A stretch of DNA of 64,000 nucleotides, from assembly GCA_028693815.1 (NCBI GenBank), contig JAQUUP010000002.1, forward strand, positions 74,807 to 138,806, given 5' to 3'. The number at the start of each line of letters is the position of its first letter. The stretch's first letter is position 1. The notes below the pieces were generated by a model. It was not told where the DNA came from. It did not search any database and saw only the letters and a list, made by a program, of their open reading frames with translations. The translations under genes were made by a program, and so were the position numbers. The stretch comes from Candidatus Omnitrophota bacterium (GTDB lineage Bacteria; Omnitrophota; Gorgyraeia; Zapsychrales; Aceulaceae). Of this stretch, positions 40,946 through 50,013 are shown one piece after another.

Positions 40946-43528
40946 ATGATTTTTAAAAAAATATTTTTTATATTCATTTTCTCGAGCATTTTTGCAGTTA
41001 CGGCTCAGGGCTCTTCAGGTAAGCCTGAAAAACATGTTCTTAAAAACGGGCTAACGGTTTTGATTCAAGAGTTTGACTCTAGTCCGTCGGTTTGCTTGTA
41101 TGCTTTAGTCAAAACAGGGTCTGCTAGCGAAGGGCAATTTTTAGGAAGCGGCGTAACGCATTTTATGGAGCATATGATTTTTAAAGGGACACCATCTCGC
41201 TTGCCGGGAAGAATTTCGCAGGAAGTTCAGGGTGCCGGAGGCTCTATCAATGCATCAACGGGTCGGGATTACACAATTTTTACTATTCAAGTTCCTGCTG
41301 ACCGCTTTGAGACTGGCCTTGATGTTCTTTCTGATATGTTGATGCACGCAGTGATTGATGAAGAAGAATTTAGGAAAGAAAAAGATGTGGTTTTGTCTGA
41401 GCTAAATATGTATGAAGATTCGCCAGATTTTATTGTTTCTCGCATGATGCTCCAAGCCCTTTATAAAAAGCATCCATATCGTCATCCGATTATTGGGTAT
41501 AGGGATGTCTTAAAAAACCTTCAGCAGAAAGATATGGTTCAGTATTATCAAAAACATTATGCGCCTAATAATATTGTTCTTTCTGTTGTTGGAAATATAC
41601 AGTCTGCTGCTGCACTTGAAAAAGTCAAAAGTGCTTTTGTTGATTTTAAGCGGCAGCCAGAAATAGCAAGGAATCTGCCCAAAGAGCCAGAGCAACTTTT
41701 TGCACGTTATTCTAAGGGAGAATATCAGACCGATTTAACGCGTATTGATATGGCATTTCCGACAGCGAGCTTGTTAAGTGAAGATGTTTTTGCTTTAGAT
41801 ATTTTAGTCTCTGCTTTAGGGGTAGGAGAGAGTAGTCGACTTTATCTTGATTTATTTAAACAAAAGAACCTGGTTTATTCTATTTCTGCGAATCATTATA
41901 CGCTTGTTGATTCAGGAATTCTTGAGATTGAAGCGAAATGTGATTATAAAAATAAAGACGCTGTTGTTGAAAATATTCGTCTGGAAATTGAACGGATTAG
42001 GCGCTTTGGTATTCGCGCAGATGAGCTTAAAAGAATAAAAAAGAAAATTAAGAGTGATTATTATTTAGATCATCAAAGCGCGCCAGCGCTGGCTTTTAGC
42101 TTGGCGTACGATGAAGGCATGGCGGATGATTATCATTTCTCGCAGCATTATCTAGATCGCATTGAGAAGCTAACTCAAAAAGATATCAAAGAAGTTGCTC
42201 AAAAGTATTTAGATCCAGAAAAGGAAAATCTTGCTATTTTAGCGCCGTTAAATTCAGGCGAATCAGTCTTGGTTAAAGACGAGTTAAGAACTGAAATGCC
42301 CGCAATTAAAGAAGTTGTTTTAGCTAATGGCTTAAGGATTTTTGTTAAGGAGGATCATCGGTTTCCTGTTGTTTCCATGAATGCATTTTTTGAAGGTGGA
42401 CAGTTTTTTGATTCTCAAAGTCTTTCCGGAATTTGCTATTTAACGTCAAAGCTTTTGAACAAGGGCACAAAGAAACGCACGGCTAGTGATATTTCTCAAG
42501 AGTTAGAAGCTCAAGGGATTCGACTTGATACTTTTTGCGATAAAAATATTTTGGGTTTAAGCTTTGAATGCTTGTCACAGGATTTTAGTGTAGGCTTAAA
42601 TCTAGCAAAAGATATTTTGTTTAATCCGACTTTTTCAGAGGACGAACTACAGCAACAAAAAGATGTTGTTGTCTCAGAGATAAAGGCAAAGAAGGATAAT
42701 ATTTTTTATTTAGCTTCAAAAGAACTTAAAGAAATTCTTTTTAAGGGTCACCCATTTCAGAATGAAACAGAAGGAAGTTTTGAATCTATTAAAAAGATAA
42801 CCCGTTTGGATATTGAAGGATTTTATCAAAATCTTCGTGCGCCATCACGCATGGTTGTTACTGTTTTTGGGGATATTCGTGAGGACGAAGCTATTCAGAT
42901 GGTTAAAAAAACTTTTGGCACACTTTTAGAGAATAAAAGCGAGTTGCCGCAGCACACAGTTGAGAGCGTTGCAGCCAAGACTGTTAAAAACGTGACGTTT
43001 GATAAAAATCAGGCGATTGTGCTTATGGGTTTTCAGGGCGTGGGAGCAAGTTATCCGGATCGCTGGGGAATCAATGCTCTGTCAGCTTTGATTGGTTCTT
43101 TTAATGGAAAGATGTTTCATGATATTCGTGATGAATATGGTTGGGCTTATTCTTTGGGAGGTCGCTCGGTAGAATTTAAGGACACAGGATTTATTTATTT
43201 TTATGTTTTAACTGACCAGCAGCATGTGCGTAAAGCTCAACAAGAAATGGAAGGCATTATTCTTTCAATTCAAGAGGGATCTGTAACCCCAGAGGAGCTA
43301 GATAAGATCAAAAATCATCTTAAGGAAACATATCAAGCGCAGCTTGAAACAAATCGAGCATTAAGTTCTCGTGTAGCTGTAGATGAAATTTATGGACTAG
43401 GGTTTGATAATTTTAGGAAGCATGAAAAGCTTATTGATCAGATTACCCTTAAAGATATTCAGCGTTTGGCAAAAGAATATTTGGATTTAAATCGGGCTGT
43501 TATTATTCTGGGTAATGCCAAAGAGTGA
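40946..43528 (+). CDS. Tandem M16-family (pitrilysin/insulinase) zinc peptidase, secreted.
   Basis: Signal peptide; HFMEHMIFKGT (HxxEH inverzincin motif); duplicated M16 halves; 860 aa. Confidence 0.85.
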   Translation: MIFKKIFFIFIFSSIFAVTAQGSSGKPEKHVLKNGLTVLIQEFDSSPSVCLYALVKTGSASEGQFLGSGVTHFMEHMIFKGTPSRLPGRISQEVQGAGGSINASTGRDYTIFTIQVPADRFETGLDVLSDMLMHAVIDEEEFRKEKDVVLSELNMYEDSPDFIVSRMMLQALYKKHPYRHPIIGYRDVLKNLQQKDMVQYYQKHYAPNNIVLSVVGNIQSAAALEKVKSAFVDFKRQPEIARNLPKEPEQLFARYSKGEYQTDLTRIDMAFPTASLLSEDVFALDILVSALGVGESSRLYLDLFKQKNLVYSISANHYTLVDSGILEIEAKCDYKNKDAVVENIRLEIERIRRFGIRADELKRIKKKIKSDYYLDHQSAPALAFSLAYDEGMADDYHFSQHYLDRIEKLTQKDIKEVAQKYLDPEKENLAILAPLNSGESVLVKDELRTEMPAIKEVVLANGLRIFVKEDHRFPVVSMNAFFEGGQFFDSQSLSGICYLTSKLLNKGTKKRTASDISQELEAQGIRLDTFCDKNILGLSFECLSQDFSVGLNLAKDILFNPTFSEDELQQQKDVVVSEIKAKKDNIFYLASKELKEILFKGHPFQNETEGSFESIKKITRLDIEGFYQNLRAPSRMVVTVFGDIREDEAIQMVKKTFGTLLENKSELPQHTVESVAAKTVKNVTFDKNQAIVLMGFQGVGASYPDRWGINALSALIGSFNGKMFHDIRDEYGWAYSLGGRSVEFKDTGFIYFYVLTDQQHVRKAQQEMEGIILSIQEGSVTPEELDKIKNHLKETYQAQLETNRALSSRVAVDEIYGLGFDNFRKHEKLIDQITLKDIQRLAKEYLDLNRAVIILGNAKE

Positions 43529-43569
43529 TTTTAAAAGGAATTGTCTTAATTTTTTAAAAAAGGATAGTA

Positions 43570-44007
43570 ATGAATGAATATTTAAAAGCTGCGATCGAAC
43601 AGGCAAAAATAGGATTACAAGAAGGTGGCATTCCTATTGGGTCTGTCATTGTTCACAATAATAAGATTATTGGTCGAGGACATAATCGACGGGTTCAAAA
43701 ACAAAGTGCGATTTTGCATGCAGAAATGGATGCTCTAGAAAATGCCGGGCGTCTTTCGGCGTCGATTTATAAAGAATGCATGCTTTACACGACTCTTTCG
43801 CCATGCGCGATGTGTTCGGGCGCGGTTATTCTTTATAAAATTCCACATGTTGTAATTGGGGAAAACAAGACCTTTATGGGAGAAGAAGAGTTTTTGAAAT
43901 CTCGAGGAGTTTCGGTTGAAGTTTTGCAAGACAAGGAATGCATTTCTTTGATGGAGAATTTTATTCAAAATAACGCAAAACTTTGGAATGAAGATATTGG
44001 AGTCTAG
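43570..44007 (+). CDS. CDA-fold nucleoside/tRNA adenosine deaminase (TadA-like or guanine/cytosine deaminase-like).
   Basis: HAEMDALE...SPCAMCSGA zinc-binding motifs; 145 aa. Confidence 0.7.
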   Translation: MNEYLKAAIEQAKIGLQEGGIPIGSVIVHNNKIIGRGHNRRVQKQSAILHAEMDALENAGRLSASIYKECMLYTTLSPCAMCSGAVILYKIPHVVIGENKTFMGEEEFLKSRGVSVEVLQDKECISLMENFIQNNAKLWNEDIGV

Positions 44008-44013
44008 GACGTC

Positions 44014-44238
44014 ATGGAGCGTAATCTTGGCGAACAGCCGATAAAAGAAATATTAGATACGCATGGTCTAAAGTCCCATGACCTTGTGGTTGCCTCGAAA
44101 GGTGAAATTACACATAAGATGGTTGTTCGTGCTTCGAAAGGCCGATGGCTAACGCCATCGACGAGAAAAAAGGTCTTAAAGGCTCTCAATGAAGCTTGCC
44201 AAGAGAAATTTGAACTTATTCATCTTTTTAATTATTAA
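44014..44238 (+). CDS. Hypothetical small protein of 74 aa.
   Basis: ORF only; no recognised motif. Confidence 0.3.
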   Translation: MERNLGEQPIKEILDTHGLKSHDLVVASKGEITHKMVVRASKGRWLTPSTRKKVLKALNEACQEKFELIHLFNY

Positions 44239-44302
44239 TTTTATTCTTTGTAGATTTTAATCTGATTGGAAATATTTTATAAAACAGAGGGGCTTAAAGT
44301 TT

Positions 44303-45199
44303 ATGAAAAAGGTAATTTTCTTTATTATTTTTCTTATTTTATTTTTACGTTCCTCAGCAGCTGAAGAGCGTAAAAACATCCTACTTATTTTTATTGGACA
44401 AAATGTTGAAAGTATTAATGCGTATGTTAGCGATGTTGGTCATGTTCCCGATGGTTTTATGGCATACACATCTATCCAAAATCTTGAAGGGCTTGATTCT
44501 CCTTCTAATGTTGGATCTGGAGTTCAATACGCACAAGCGTTAATTGATCAATATCCCCATGCCCAGATTCAGATTGGATTTTATATCGTAGGAGCATTAA
44601 GAGAAATTTTAGATGAAAAATATGATAAAAATATTTCTAAGTTAGCGAGTTGGTTTAAAAAGAATTCAAAAACGAAGTTTTATTTACGTATTGGATATGA
44701 ATTTGATAATCCAGAAAATCATTATGAGCCGTTAGCGTATATTCAAGCTTATCGATATATTGTTAATCGCTTAAGGAAACTAGGCGTTAACAATGTATTG
44801 TATGTCTGGCATTCATATGGTGGTTTTGTAACTGGGGATGTTGAACGTTGGTATCCTGGCGACGATTATGTGGATTGGGTTGGCATCTCATTTTTTGATG
44901 CTTTTAGTCAGGGCAACATGAGGCGCATTGTAAATATTGCACAAAAACACAATAAACCTGTGATGATCGCTGAGGCAACGCCACTAGGGGTAGGTGTCGA
45001 GCAAGGTGAAAAATCATGGAAGTTTTGGTATCAGCGCTTGTTTGATTTTGTTGATCAGAATAATATTGCAATGATCTGCTACATCAATTGGGATTGGGAG
45101 AAAATTCCTATGTTCAAAGGTCAGGGATGGGGAAACGGCCAGATTCAAGATAATGAAATAATTAAAAATAAGTGGTTGGATAAAATTTTTGAGAAATAA
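44303..45199 (+). CDS. Secreted protein, possibly a TIM-barrel glycoside hydrolase (GH26/GH113-like).
   Basis: Signal peptide; YEFDNPEN and MIAEATP motifs that could hold catalytic glutamates. Weak. Confidence 0.3.
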   Translation: MKKVIFFIIFLILFLRSSAAEERKNILLIFIGQNVESINAYVSDVGHVPDGFMAYTSIQNLEGLDSPSNVGSGVQYAQALIDQYPHAQIQIGFYIVGALREILDEKYDKNISKLASWFKKNSKTKFYLRIGYEFDNPENHYEPLAYIQAYRYIVNRLRKLGVNNVLYVWHSYGGFVTGDVERWYPGDDYVDWVGISFFDAFSQGNMRRIVNIAQKHNKPVMIAEATPLGVGVEQGEKSWKFWYQRLFDFVDQNNIAMICYINWDWEKIPMFKGQGWGNGQIQDNEIIKNKWLDKIFEK

Positions 45200-45348
45200 T
45201 TTAAAAAAAGCAGAGAAGTTTATCAAACCAAAAATGATTTAAGGCAAAGATAAATAAATATAATAAAGTTAATCTTGTGTCTATTTATTTATTTTTAATG
45301 TTATAATATTTTTAACAAAATATTGATAATTATTAACTAAGACCCTCT

Positions 45349-46512
45349 ATGCATGATTTTATTTTTGATTTAAGTGTTGTTTTAGTAGGCACCGGGATTC
45401 TGTCAATCTTAGCGGTTCTTTTGCGTCAGCCGATCATTGTAGGTTATATTCTCTGTGGGGTTATCCTTGGTCCCTGGGGATTAGGGCTTATCAAAGAAGT
45501 CAACTTTATTCAGGCTATATCCCATTTAGGCATCACACTTCTTTTGTTTTTAGCAGGTCTTTGTTTGCACCCTCAACATTTATTCAAACTTTTTAAGCGT
45601 ACAGGAGTTGTTACCATTACCAACTGCGCGCTGTCTTTTTTGATAGCATTTTTATTTTCGTTTTTTATGAGATTTTCTTTTACCGATAGCGTCTGGATTG
45701 GAATTGCGTTAATGTTTTCCAGCACGATTCTCACGGTTAAACTTCTTCCGACGACAAAGTTGCATCAAGAGAGAATTGGGGCGGTGTGCATTAGTATTTT
45801 GATTTTTCAAGATTTGATTGCTGTTGGGGCTTTAGCATTCTTGCGTGGGACGTATAATCAAAGTCTTGCGATTGAGAACACCGGATGGCTTTTGTTTAAG
45901 CTTGTTTTGTTGATTGCTGCTGCATTTTTGTTTGAACGTTTTGCTTTGCGTAAAACATTAAAGAAAATTGATCATTTGCACGAAGCGATTTTTATAACTG
46001 GGTTAGCCTGGTGTTTTGGAGTCGCTGCGATCTCTAATCGCATGGGGCTTTTTTATGAGACAGGTGCCTTTTTTGCTGGAGTGGCATTAGCCCAACATCC
46101 TATTGCTCGATTTATTGCTGATAAATTAAGACCTTTGCGTGATTTTTTTCTTGTGTTATTTTTCTTTGCTTTAGGTGCAGAATTTAATCTATCGATTATT
46201 TCGAAACTTTTTATTCCGGCGTTTATTCTCGCGTTTGTCTTTATTATTTCTAAACCGTATATTTTTAAAAGAATGCTGATGCTTTCAGGAGAACAAAAGT
46301 CTTTTGCAACCGAAGCCGGCATTCGCTTAGGTCAATTGAGCGAGTTTTCTCTTCTGGTGTCGCTTTTAGCATTGAGCATTCACCATATCAGCATAGAAGC
46401 TTCCCAATTCATTCAGCTTGTCACCATCATCACTTTTGTTGTCTCAAGTTATTACGTTGTTTATCGGTATAAAACACCGATCGGCACAACACAAAAAATG
46501 TTTAAAGACTAA
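45349..46512 (+). CDS. Cation:proton antiporter (CPA1/CPA2 family).
   Basis: Na_H_Exchanger-type N-terminus ...LRQPIIVGYILCGVILGPWGLGLI...; 12 TM, no KTN domain. Confidence 0.75.
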   Translation: MHDFIFDLSVVLVGTGILSILAVLLRQPIIVGYILCGVILGPWGLGLIKEVNFIQAISHLGITLLLFLAGLCLHPQHLFKLFKRTGVVTITNCALSFLIAFLFSFFMRFSFTDSVWIGIALMFSSTILTVKLLPTTKLHQERIGAVCISILIFQDLIAVGALAFLRGTYNQSLAIENTGWLLFKLVLLIAAAFLFERFALRKTLKKIDHLHEAIFITGLAWCFGVAAISNRMGLFYETGAFFAGVALAQHPIARFIADKLRPLRDFFLVLFFFALGAEFNLSIISKLFIPAFILAFVFIISKPYIFKRMLMLSGEQKSFATEAGIRLGQLSEFSLLVSLLALSIHHISIEASQFIQLVTIITFVVSSYYVVYRYKTPIGTTQKMFKD

Positions 46513-46548
46513 TAGGGTTATTGTTCAAAATTTTCAAAATATTTTTAT

Positions 46549-46597
46549 TTGACAAATGGGTCTGCTTGTTCTATACTTGGTAATGATAATCATTATC
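46549..46597 (+). promoter_or_regulatory. Sigma70 promoter TTGACA-17-TATACT immediately followed by a near-consensus Fur box (AATGATAATCATTATC, 46582..46597).
   Basis: Matches the classical 19-bp Fur box GATAATGATAATCATTATC at 16 of 16 overlapping positions. Confidence 0.75.
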
Positions 46598-46614
46598 AAT
46601 AAGGAGGATATTTT

Positions 46615-47073
46615 ATGCGGGGCCAAAGTGAAGGATGCTGGCGAGGACGATTTCAAGGCGGAGGGTTTCGCTTTACAAGGCCAAGGGAATTTATTCTAGA
46701 TGTTCTTGCTAAGGCAAAGGGACATTTGAGCGCAGAAGATATTTTTTTGTTGGTTCATAAGACATATCCAAACATAGGGCTAACAACCGTATATCGCAAT
46801 TTAGAGCTTTTAGTTGAAATGGGAGCGGTGACCAGGCTTCATTTTGGAAATGGTAAGGCGAGTTATGAGCTTTTAAGGGGAGGAAAAAACGAACACCACC
46901 ATCATTTGGTCTGTCGAAAATGCTCTAAGATTATTGATTATGCAGATTTTATGGACGAAGAAAAAGAATTTTTACAAAAGGTTGAAAAAGGATTAAGTCA
47001 AAAATATAAATTTGAAATTCAAGACCATACCATTCACTTTCATGGTCTTTGTGAGAAATGCCAGATAGGATGA
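46615..47073 (+). CDS. fur: Fur-family metalloregulator (Fur/Zur/PerR).
   Basis: RFTRPREFILDVL winged helix; HHHLVCRKCSKII...HGLCEKCQ metal sites. Confidence 0.85.
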   Translation: MRGQSEGCWRGRFQGGGFRFTRPREFILDVLAKAKGHLSAEDIFLLVHKTYPNIGLTTVYRNLELLVEMGAVTRLHFGNGKASYELLRGGKNEHHHHLVCRKCSKIIDYADFMDEEKEFLQKVEKGLSQKYKFEIQDHTIHFHGLCEKCQIG

Positions 47074-47140
47074 TTACAGAAACCCCTAAGTCGCTTTAAA
47101 AGCGCTTTTGGGGTAAAGTTAAAAAATTGAAACAGTAAAA

Positions 47141-47219
47141 CCCTTAACGTTACACGTTAAGGGTAAATTCTCACGTATGATTTACGGAATATTAGTGACG
47201 TAAATCATGTGTTCATTAG
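47141..47219 (+). promoter_or_regulatory. Leader element copy C1. Hairpin cccttaacg-ttaca-cgttaaggg, then GGGTAAATTC, then hairpin tcacgtatgatttacg...cgtaaatcatgtg, then TTCATTAG.
   Basis: Read directly. A degenerate GGGGTAAAGTT lies at 47110. Confidence 0.55.
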
Positions 47220-47312
47220 CTCCGACGCACTTCGGGCGCGGAGTAAATTCGCAGCTCTAAGTTACGTTCACTAGCGTTCCGTAACTTAACTGCTCATTTA
47301 AAGGAGGGTAAA
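47220..47312 (+). promoter_or_regulatory. Leader element copy C2. Hairpin ctccgacgc...ggcgcggag, then GGAGTAAATTC, then hairpin gcagctctaagttacg...gtaacttaactgc, then TCATTTAAAGGAGGG, then ATG.
   Basis: Read directly. The most canonical copy. Confidence 0.6.
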
Positions 47313-47657
47313 ATGCCAGCAAGAGACGGAAGTGGCCCACAAGGAATGGGGCAAATGACAGGATGGGGAATGGGAAATTGTGTTGTCGAAAATCCAAATA
47401 ATGTGCAAATGAGGCAGCCTCAGGGCGTGATGGGTAGGGGCACTGGGTCTGGCCGAGGCCTTGGAAGAGGCCTTGGAAGAGGCCTTGGAAGAGGCCTTGG
47501 AAGAGGGCTTGGTTTAGGTCGAGGTTTTGCTTGGAGAGCTCAGCAACCTCAAGGCAATGTGTCTGTTTCAGGTGTTGAGGATTTAAAGCAGCAGGCTAAA
47601 ATATTAGAGCAAGAGCTTGCTTTTGTAAAAAAGCAAATTCAGGATTCGAATCAATAG
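47313..47657 (+). CDS. DUF5320-like small protein. N-terminus MPARDGSGPQGMGQMTGWGMGNC, a (GRGL)n repeat, and a C-terminal coiled coil.
   Basis: Recalled DUF5320 N-terminal pattern MPRGDGTGPxGxGPMTGRG and typical neighbours (Nitro_FeMo-Co, MinD-ferredoxin). From memory only. Confidence 0.45.
   Translation: MPARDGSGPQGMGQMTGWGMGNCVVENPNNVQMRQPQGVMGRGTGSGRGLGRGLGRGLGRGLGRGLGLGRGFAWRAQQPQGNVSVSGVEDLKQQAKILEQELAFVKKQIQDSNQ
47457..47515 (+). repeat. 12-nt tandem repeat (gccttggaagag) x about 5, encoding GRGLGRGLGRGLGRGLGRGL.
   Basis: Exact tandem DNA copies inside the CDS. Confidence 0.85.
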
Positions 47658-47684
47658 TTAACAAATCTTTAAAAGGAGAGTGTA

Positions 47685-48068
47685 TTGAGAGTTGCAATAT
47701 CAACAGAAGGAGATCGTGTTTCTCCTCATTTTGGACGTTGTCCTAGCTTTACTTTAGTTGAAATTAAAGACAATGAGTTGGTTAGTCAGGAGTCTATTGA
47801 AAATCCAGGTCATCATCCAGGTTTTTTGCCTGAATTTCTTGGAAACAAAGGTGTTAATTGTATTATTGCTGGAGGCATGGGGCAAAGGGCTCGTGAGCTT
47901 TTTTTAGCAAAGAATATAAAGCCAATTTTAGGCGTTGATCTTTCTATTGAAAAAACAATTGAAGGATTCTTGCAAAATAGCCTTGAAAGCGATGATAGTC
48001 CTTGTATTCCTCGCTCTGGGAAGGGTTATGGTCTCGATAAAACAGAATGTGATCACGCGGATGAATAA
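47685..48068 (+). CDS. Nitro_FeMo-Co (NifX/NafY/NifB C-terminal-domain-like) protein with a Cys-containing C-terminal extension. TTG start.
   Basis: MRVAISTEGDRVSPHFGRCPSFTLVEI...GVNCIIAGGMGQRARELF. Confidence 0.7.
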   Translation: MRVAISTEGDRVSPHFGRCPSFTLVEIKDNELVSQESIENPGHHPGFLPEFLGNKGVNCIIAGGMGQRARELFLAKNIKPILGVDLSIEKTIEGFLQNSLESDDSPCIPRSGKGYGLDKTECDHADE

Positions 48069-48105
48069 AAGATAAAAATTTAAGGATTTCGATATGTATG
48101 CGCGT

Positions 48106-48192
48106 GGGATAAATTCATATAGGTTGATTTGACGTTCGTCGTTGAGAATTTTAGTCACCTCGTAAGTCAGATATTTATTTAAGGAGAGAATT
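48106..48192 (+). promoter_or_regulatory. Leader element copy D (most degenerate). GGGATAAATTC, then an imperfect hairpin ending ...cgtaagtcagatat, then TTATTTAAGGAGAG.
   Basis: Read directly. Confidence 0.45.
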
Positions 48193-48555
48193 ATGAAAGT
48201 TTGCGTAACATCACAAGGGGTAAGCTTAGAATCAGCTGTTGATCCAAGATTTGGGCGTGCACAATATTTTCTTATTGTGGATACTGATTCATTAGAATTT
48301 GAAGTGCTTGAGAATGCTAATGCTGCTGGCACTGGAGGGGTTGGCGTTTTATCTGGAAGACTGATGGCAGATAAAGGTGTTGAATGTGTTTTGACAGGAA
48401 ATATTGGTCCTAATGCGAGCGAGACTTTGAATGCTGCTGGGATCAAGTTTTGTCTAGGTGCCACAGGCTCTGTTAAAGAGGCTGTTGAGAAATACAAAGA
48501 AGGTAATTTTTCTATTACGCAAGATCCTAATGTTGAATCAAAATCTGGAGCTTAA
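48193..48555 (+). CDS. Nitro_FeMo-Co (NifX-like) domain protein.
   Basis: MKVCVTSQG...DPRFGRAQYFLIVD...GVECVLTGNIGPNASETLNAAGIKF. Confidence 0.75.
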   Translation: MKVCVTSQGVSLESAVDPRFGRAQYFLIVDTDSLEFEVLENANAAGTGGVGVLSGRLMADKGVECVLTGNIGPNASETLNAAGIKFCLGATGSVKEAVEKYKEGNFSITQDPNVESKSGA

Positions 48556-48556
48556 A

Positions 48557-49177
48557 GTGAGTGTTGCTACAAAAGATTTAATACAAGATTTCTTAAAGAG
48601 AAGCAAAATTTATGAGCGTTTTGGATACGATATTATTAAAGAGCGTGATTTGATTATTTCTAAGACTGAACCTATTGGTAAAAAAATCCTGGAAGTTGGC
48701 ACTGGCAAAGGATATTTTACGATGGCTTTAGCTGCACAGGGATATCATTTTACCAGTGTTGACATTTCTCTTGAGGAGCAGGAGTTTGCCAAAGACAATC
48801 TTAAGGCTCTTGGGCTTACGCGAAAAGTTAAATTTGGTATTGAGGATGCTTGCAATTTTACTTTTGATCCTAAAAGTTTTGATTGCATTTTTTGCATCAA
48901 TACTTTCCATCATATTAAAAGTTGTTTTGATGTGACGAGTGAATTTGTCCGCCTGTGTAAAGAAAACGGAAAAATTGTTATTAGTGATTTTAATGAAACG
49001 GGCTTGAAGGTTGTTTCTGATATTCATAAAAAAGAAGGGAATATTCACAAGGCTTTTGATGTTCCATGGATTGAAATGAAAAGATTTTTTAATCGAGCAG
49101 GATTTAAAGTTCAAATGATAAGCACTAAAAATCAAAAAACTTTGGTTGCAACAAAAGAGACAGGAAGAAAATCGTGA
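48557..49177 (+). CDS. Class I SAM-dependent methyltransferase. Start set at GTG 48557, 2 nt after the upstream stop, with GGAG at -9 to -6.
   Basis: ILEVGTGKGYFTMALAAQGYHFTSVDIS (motif I), DCIFCINTFHH (motif II-like). Confidence 0.7.
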   Translation: MSVATKDLIQDFLKRSKIYERFGYDIIKERDLIISKTEPIGKKILEVGTGKGYFTMALAAQGYHFTSVDISLEEQEFAKDNLKALGLTRKVKFGIEDACNFTFDPKSFDCIFCINTFHHIKSCFDVTSEFVRLCKENGKIVISDFNETGLKVVSDIHKKEGNIHKAFDVPWIEMKRFFNRAGFKVQMISTKNQKTLVATKETGRKS

Positions 49178-50013
49178 TTGTTTCAATTGCAAGTGGCAAA
49201 GGGGGAACAGGCAAAACGACGGTGGCAACAAATCTTGCTTCTGTCTTAGGAATTTCTTGCCAGCTTTTAGATTGTGATGTTGAAGAGCCAAATGCACATC
49301 TTTTTTTAGATCCTGTTATAAATCAGGAAAATAAGGTTTTTACTCTTGTTCCTAAAGTTGATGCTGAAAAATGCAAGTTGTGCGGAAGGTGTCAAGAGGT
49401 GTGTGCCTATAATGCGATTGCTGTTTTCGGTAAGAAGCATCTTGTTTTTTCTGCTTTGTGTCATGGTTGCGGAGCTTGTCAATATTTTTGTCCTCATAAG
49501 GCGATTAGTGAAGAGAAAAAAGAAATAGGAATTGTTCAAAAGGGGACAAAGAATCACCTTGAGATTATTACGGGTAAGATGAAAATAGGGGAGGCCATGG
49601 CTCCGCCGGTTATCAGAGAAGTAAAAAAATATATTAAAAAAGATTTCATAACGATTATTGATGCCCCTCCAGGAACAAGTTGTCCTGTGATTGAGTCTGT
49701 AAAAGGAAGCGATTATTCAGTTTTGGTTACAGAGCCAACGCCGTTTGGATTAAACGATTTAAAGCTTGGCGTTGAAGTTTTGCGCAAATTAAAGATTCCG
49801 TTTGGCGTTATTATTAATCGGTTTGATTTAGGAAACGATAAGACGATTCAGTATTGCGAAAATCAAGATATCGATATTTTAATGAAAATTCCTTTTGATA
49901 GGGAAATTGCTAGAGTTTATTCGAAAGGTTCGCTGATTATCGACGAGATTCCATCATATCGACAGAAGTTTTTAGAATTGTGGGAAAGTATTAAAATAAA
50001 GGCGAGAAAATGA
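49174..50013 (+). CDS. MinD/ParA-superfamily P-loop ATPase with an inserted 2x[4Fe-4S] ferredoxin domain (COG1149-type).
   Basis: SGKGGTGKTT Walker A; CKLCGRCQEVC and CHGCGACQYFC clusters. Confidence 0.8.
   Translation: MIVSIASGKGGTGKTTVATNLASVLGISCQLLDCDVEEPNAHLFLDPVINQENKVFTLVPKVDAEKCKLCGRCQEVCAYNAIAVFGKKHLVFSALCHGCGACQYFCPHKAISEEKKEIGIVQKGTKNHLEIITGKMKIGEAMAPPVIREVKKYIKKDFITIIDAPPGTSCPVIESVKGSDYSVLVTEPTPFGLNDLKLGVEVLRKLKIPFGVIINRFDLGNDKTIQYCENQDIDILMKIPFDREIARVYSKGSLIIDEIPSYRQKFLELWESIKIKARK

Noticed and set aside
47083-47113. Hairpin after fur considered as an intrinsic terminator.
   Set aside because: A stem is present but no U-tract follows. It may instead be the upstream GC-hairpin of a third, degenerate leader copy (GGGGTAAAGTT).
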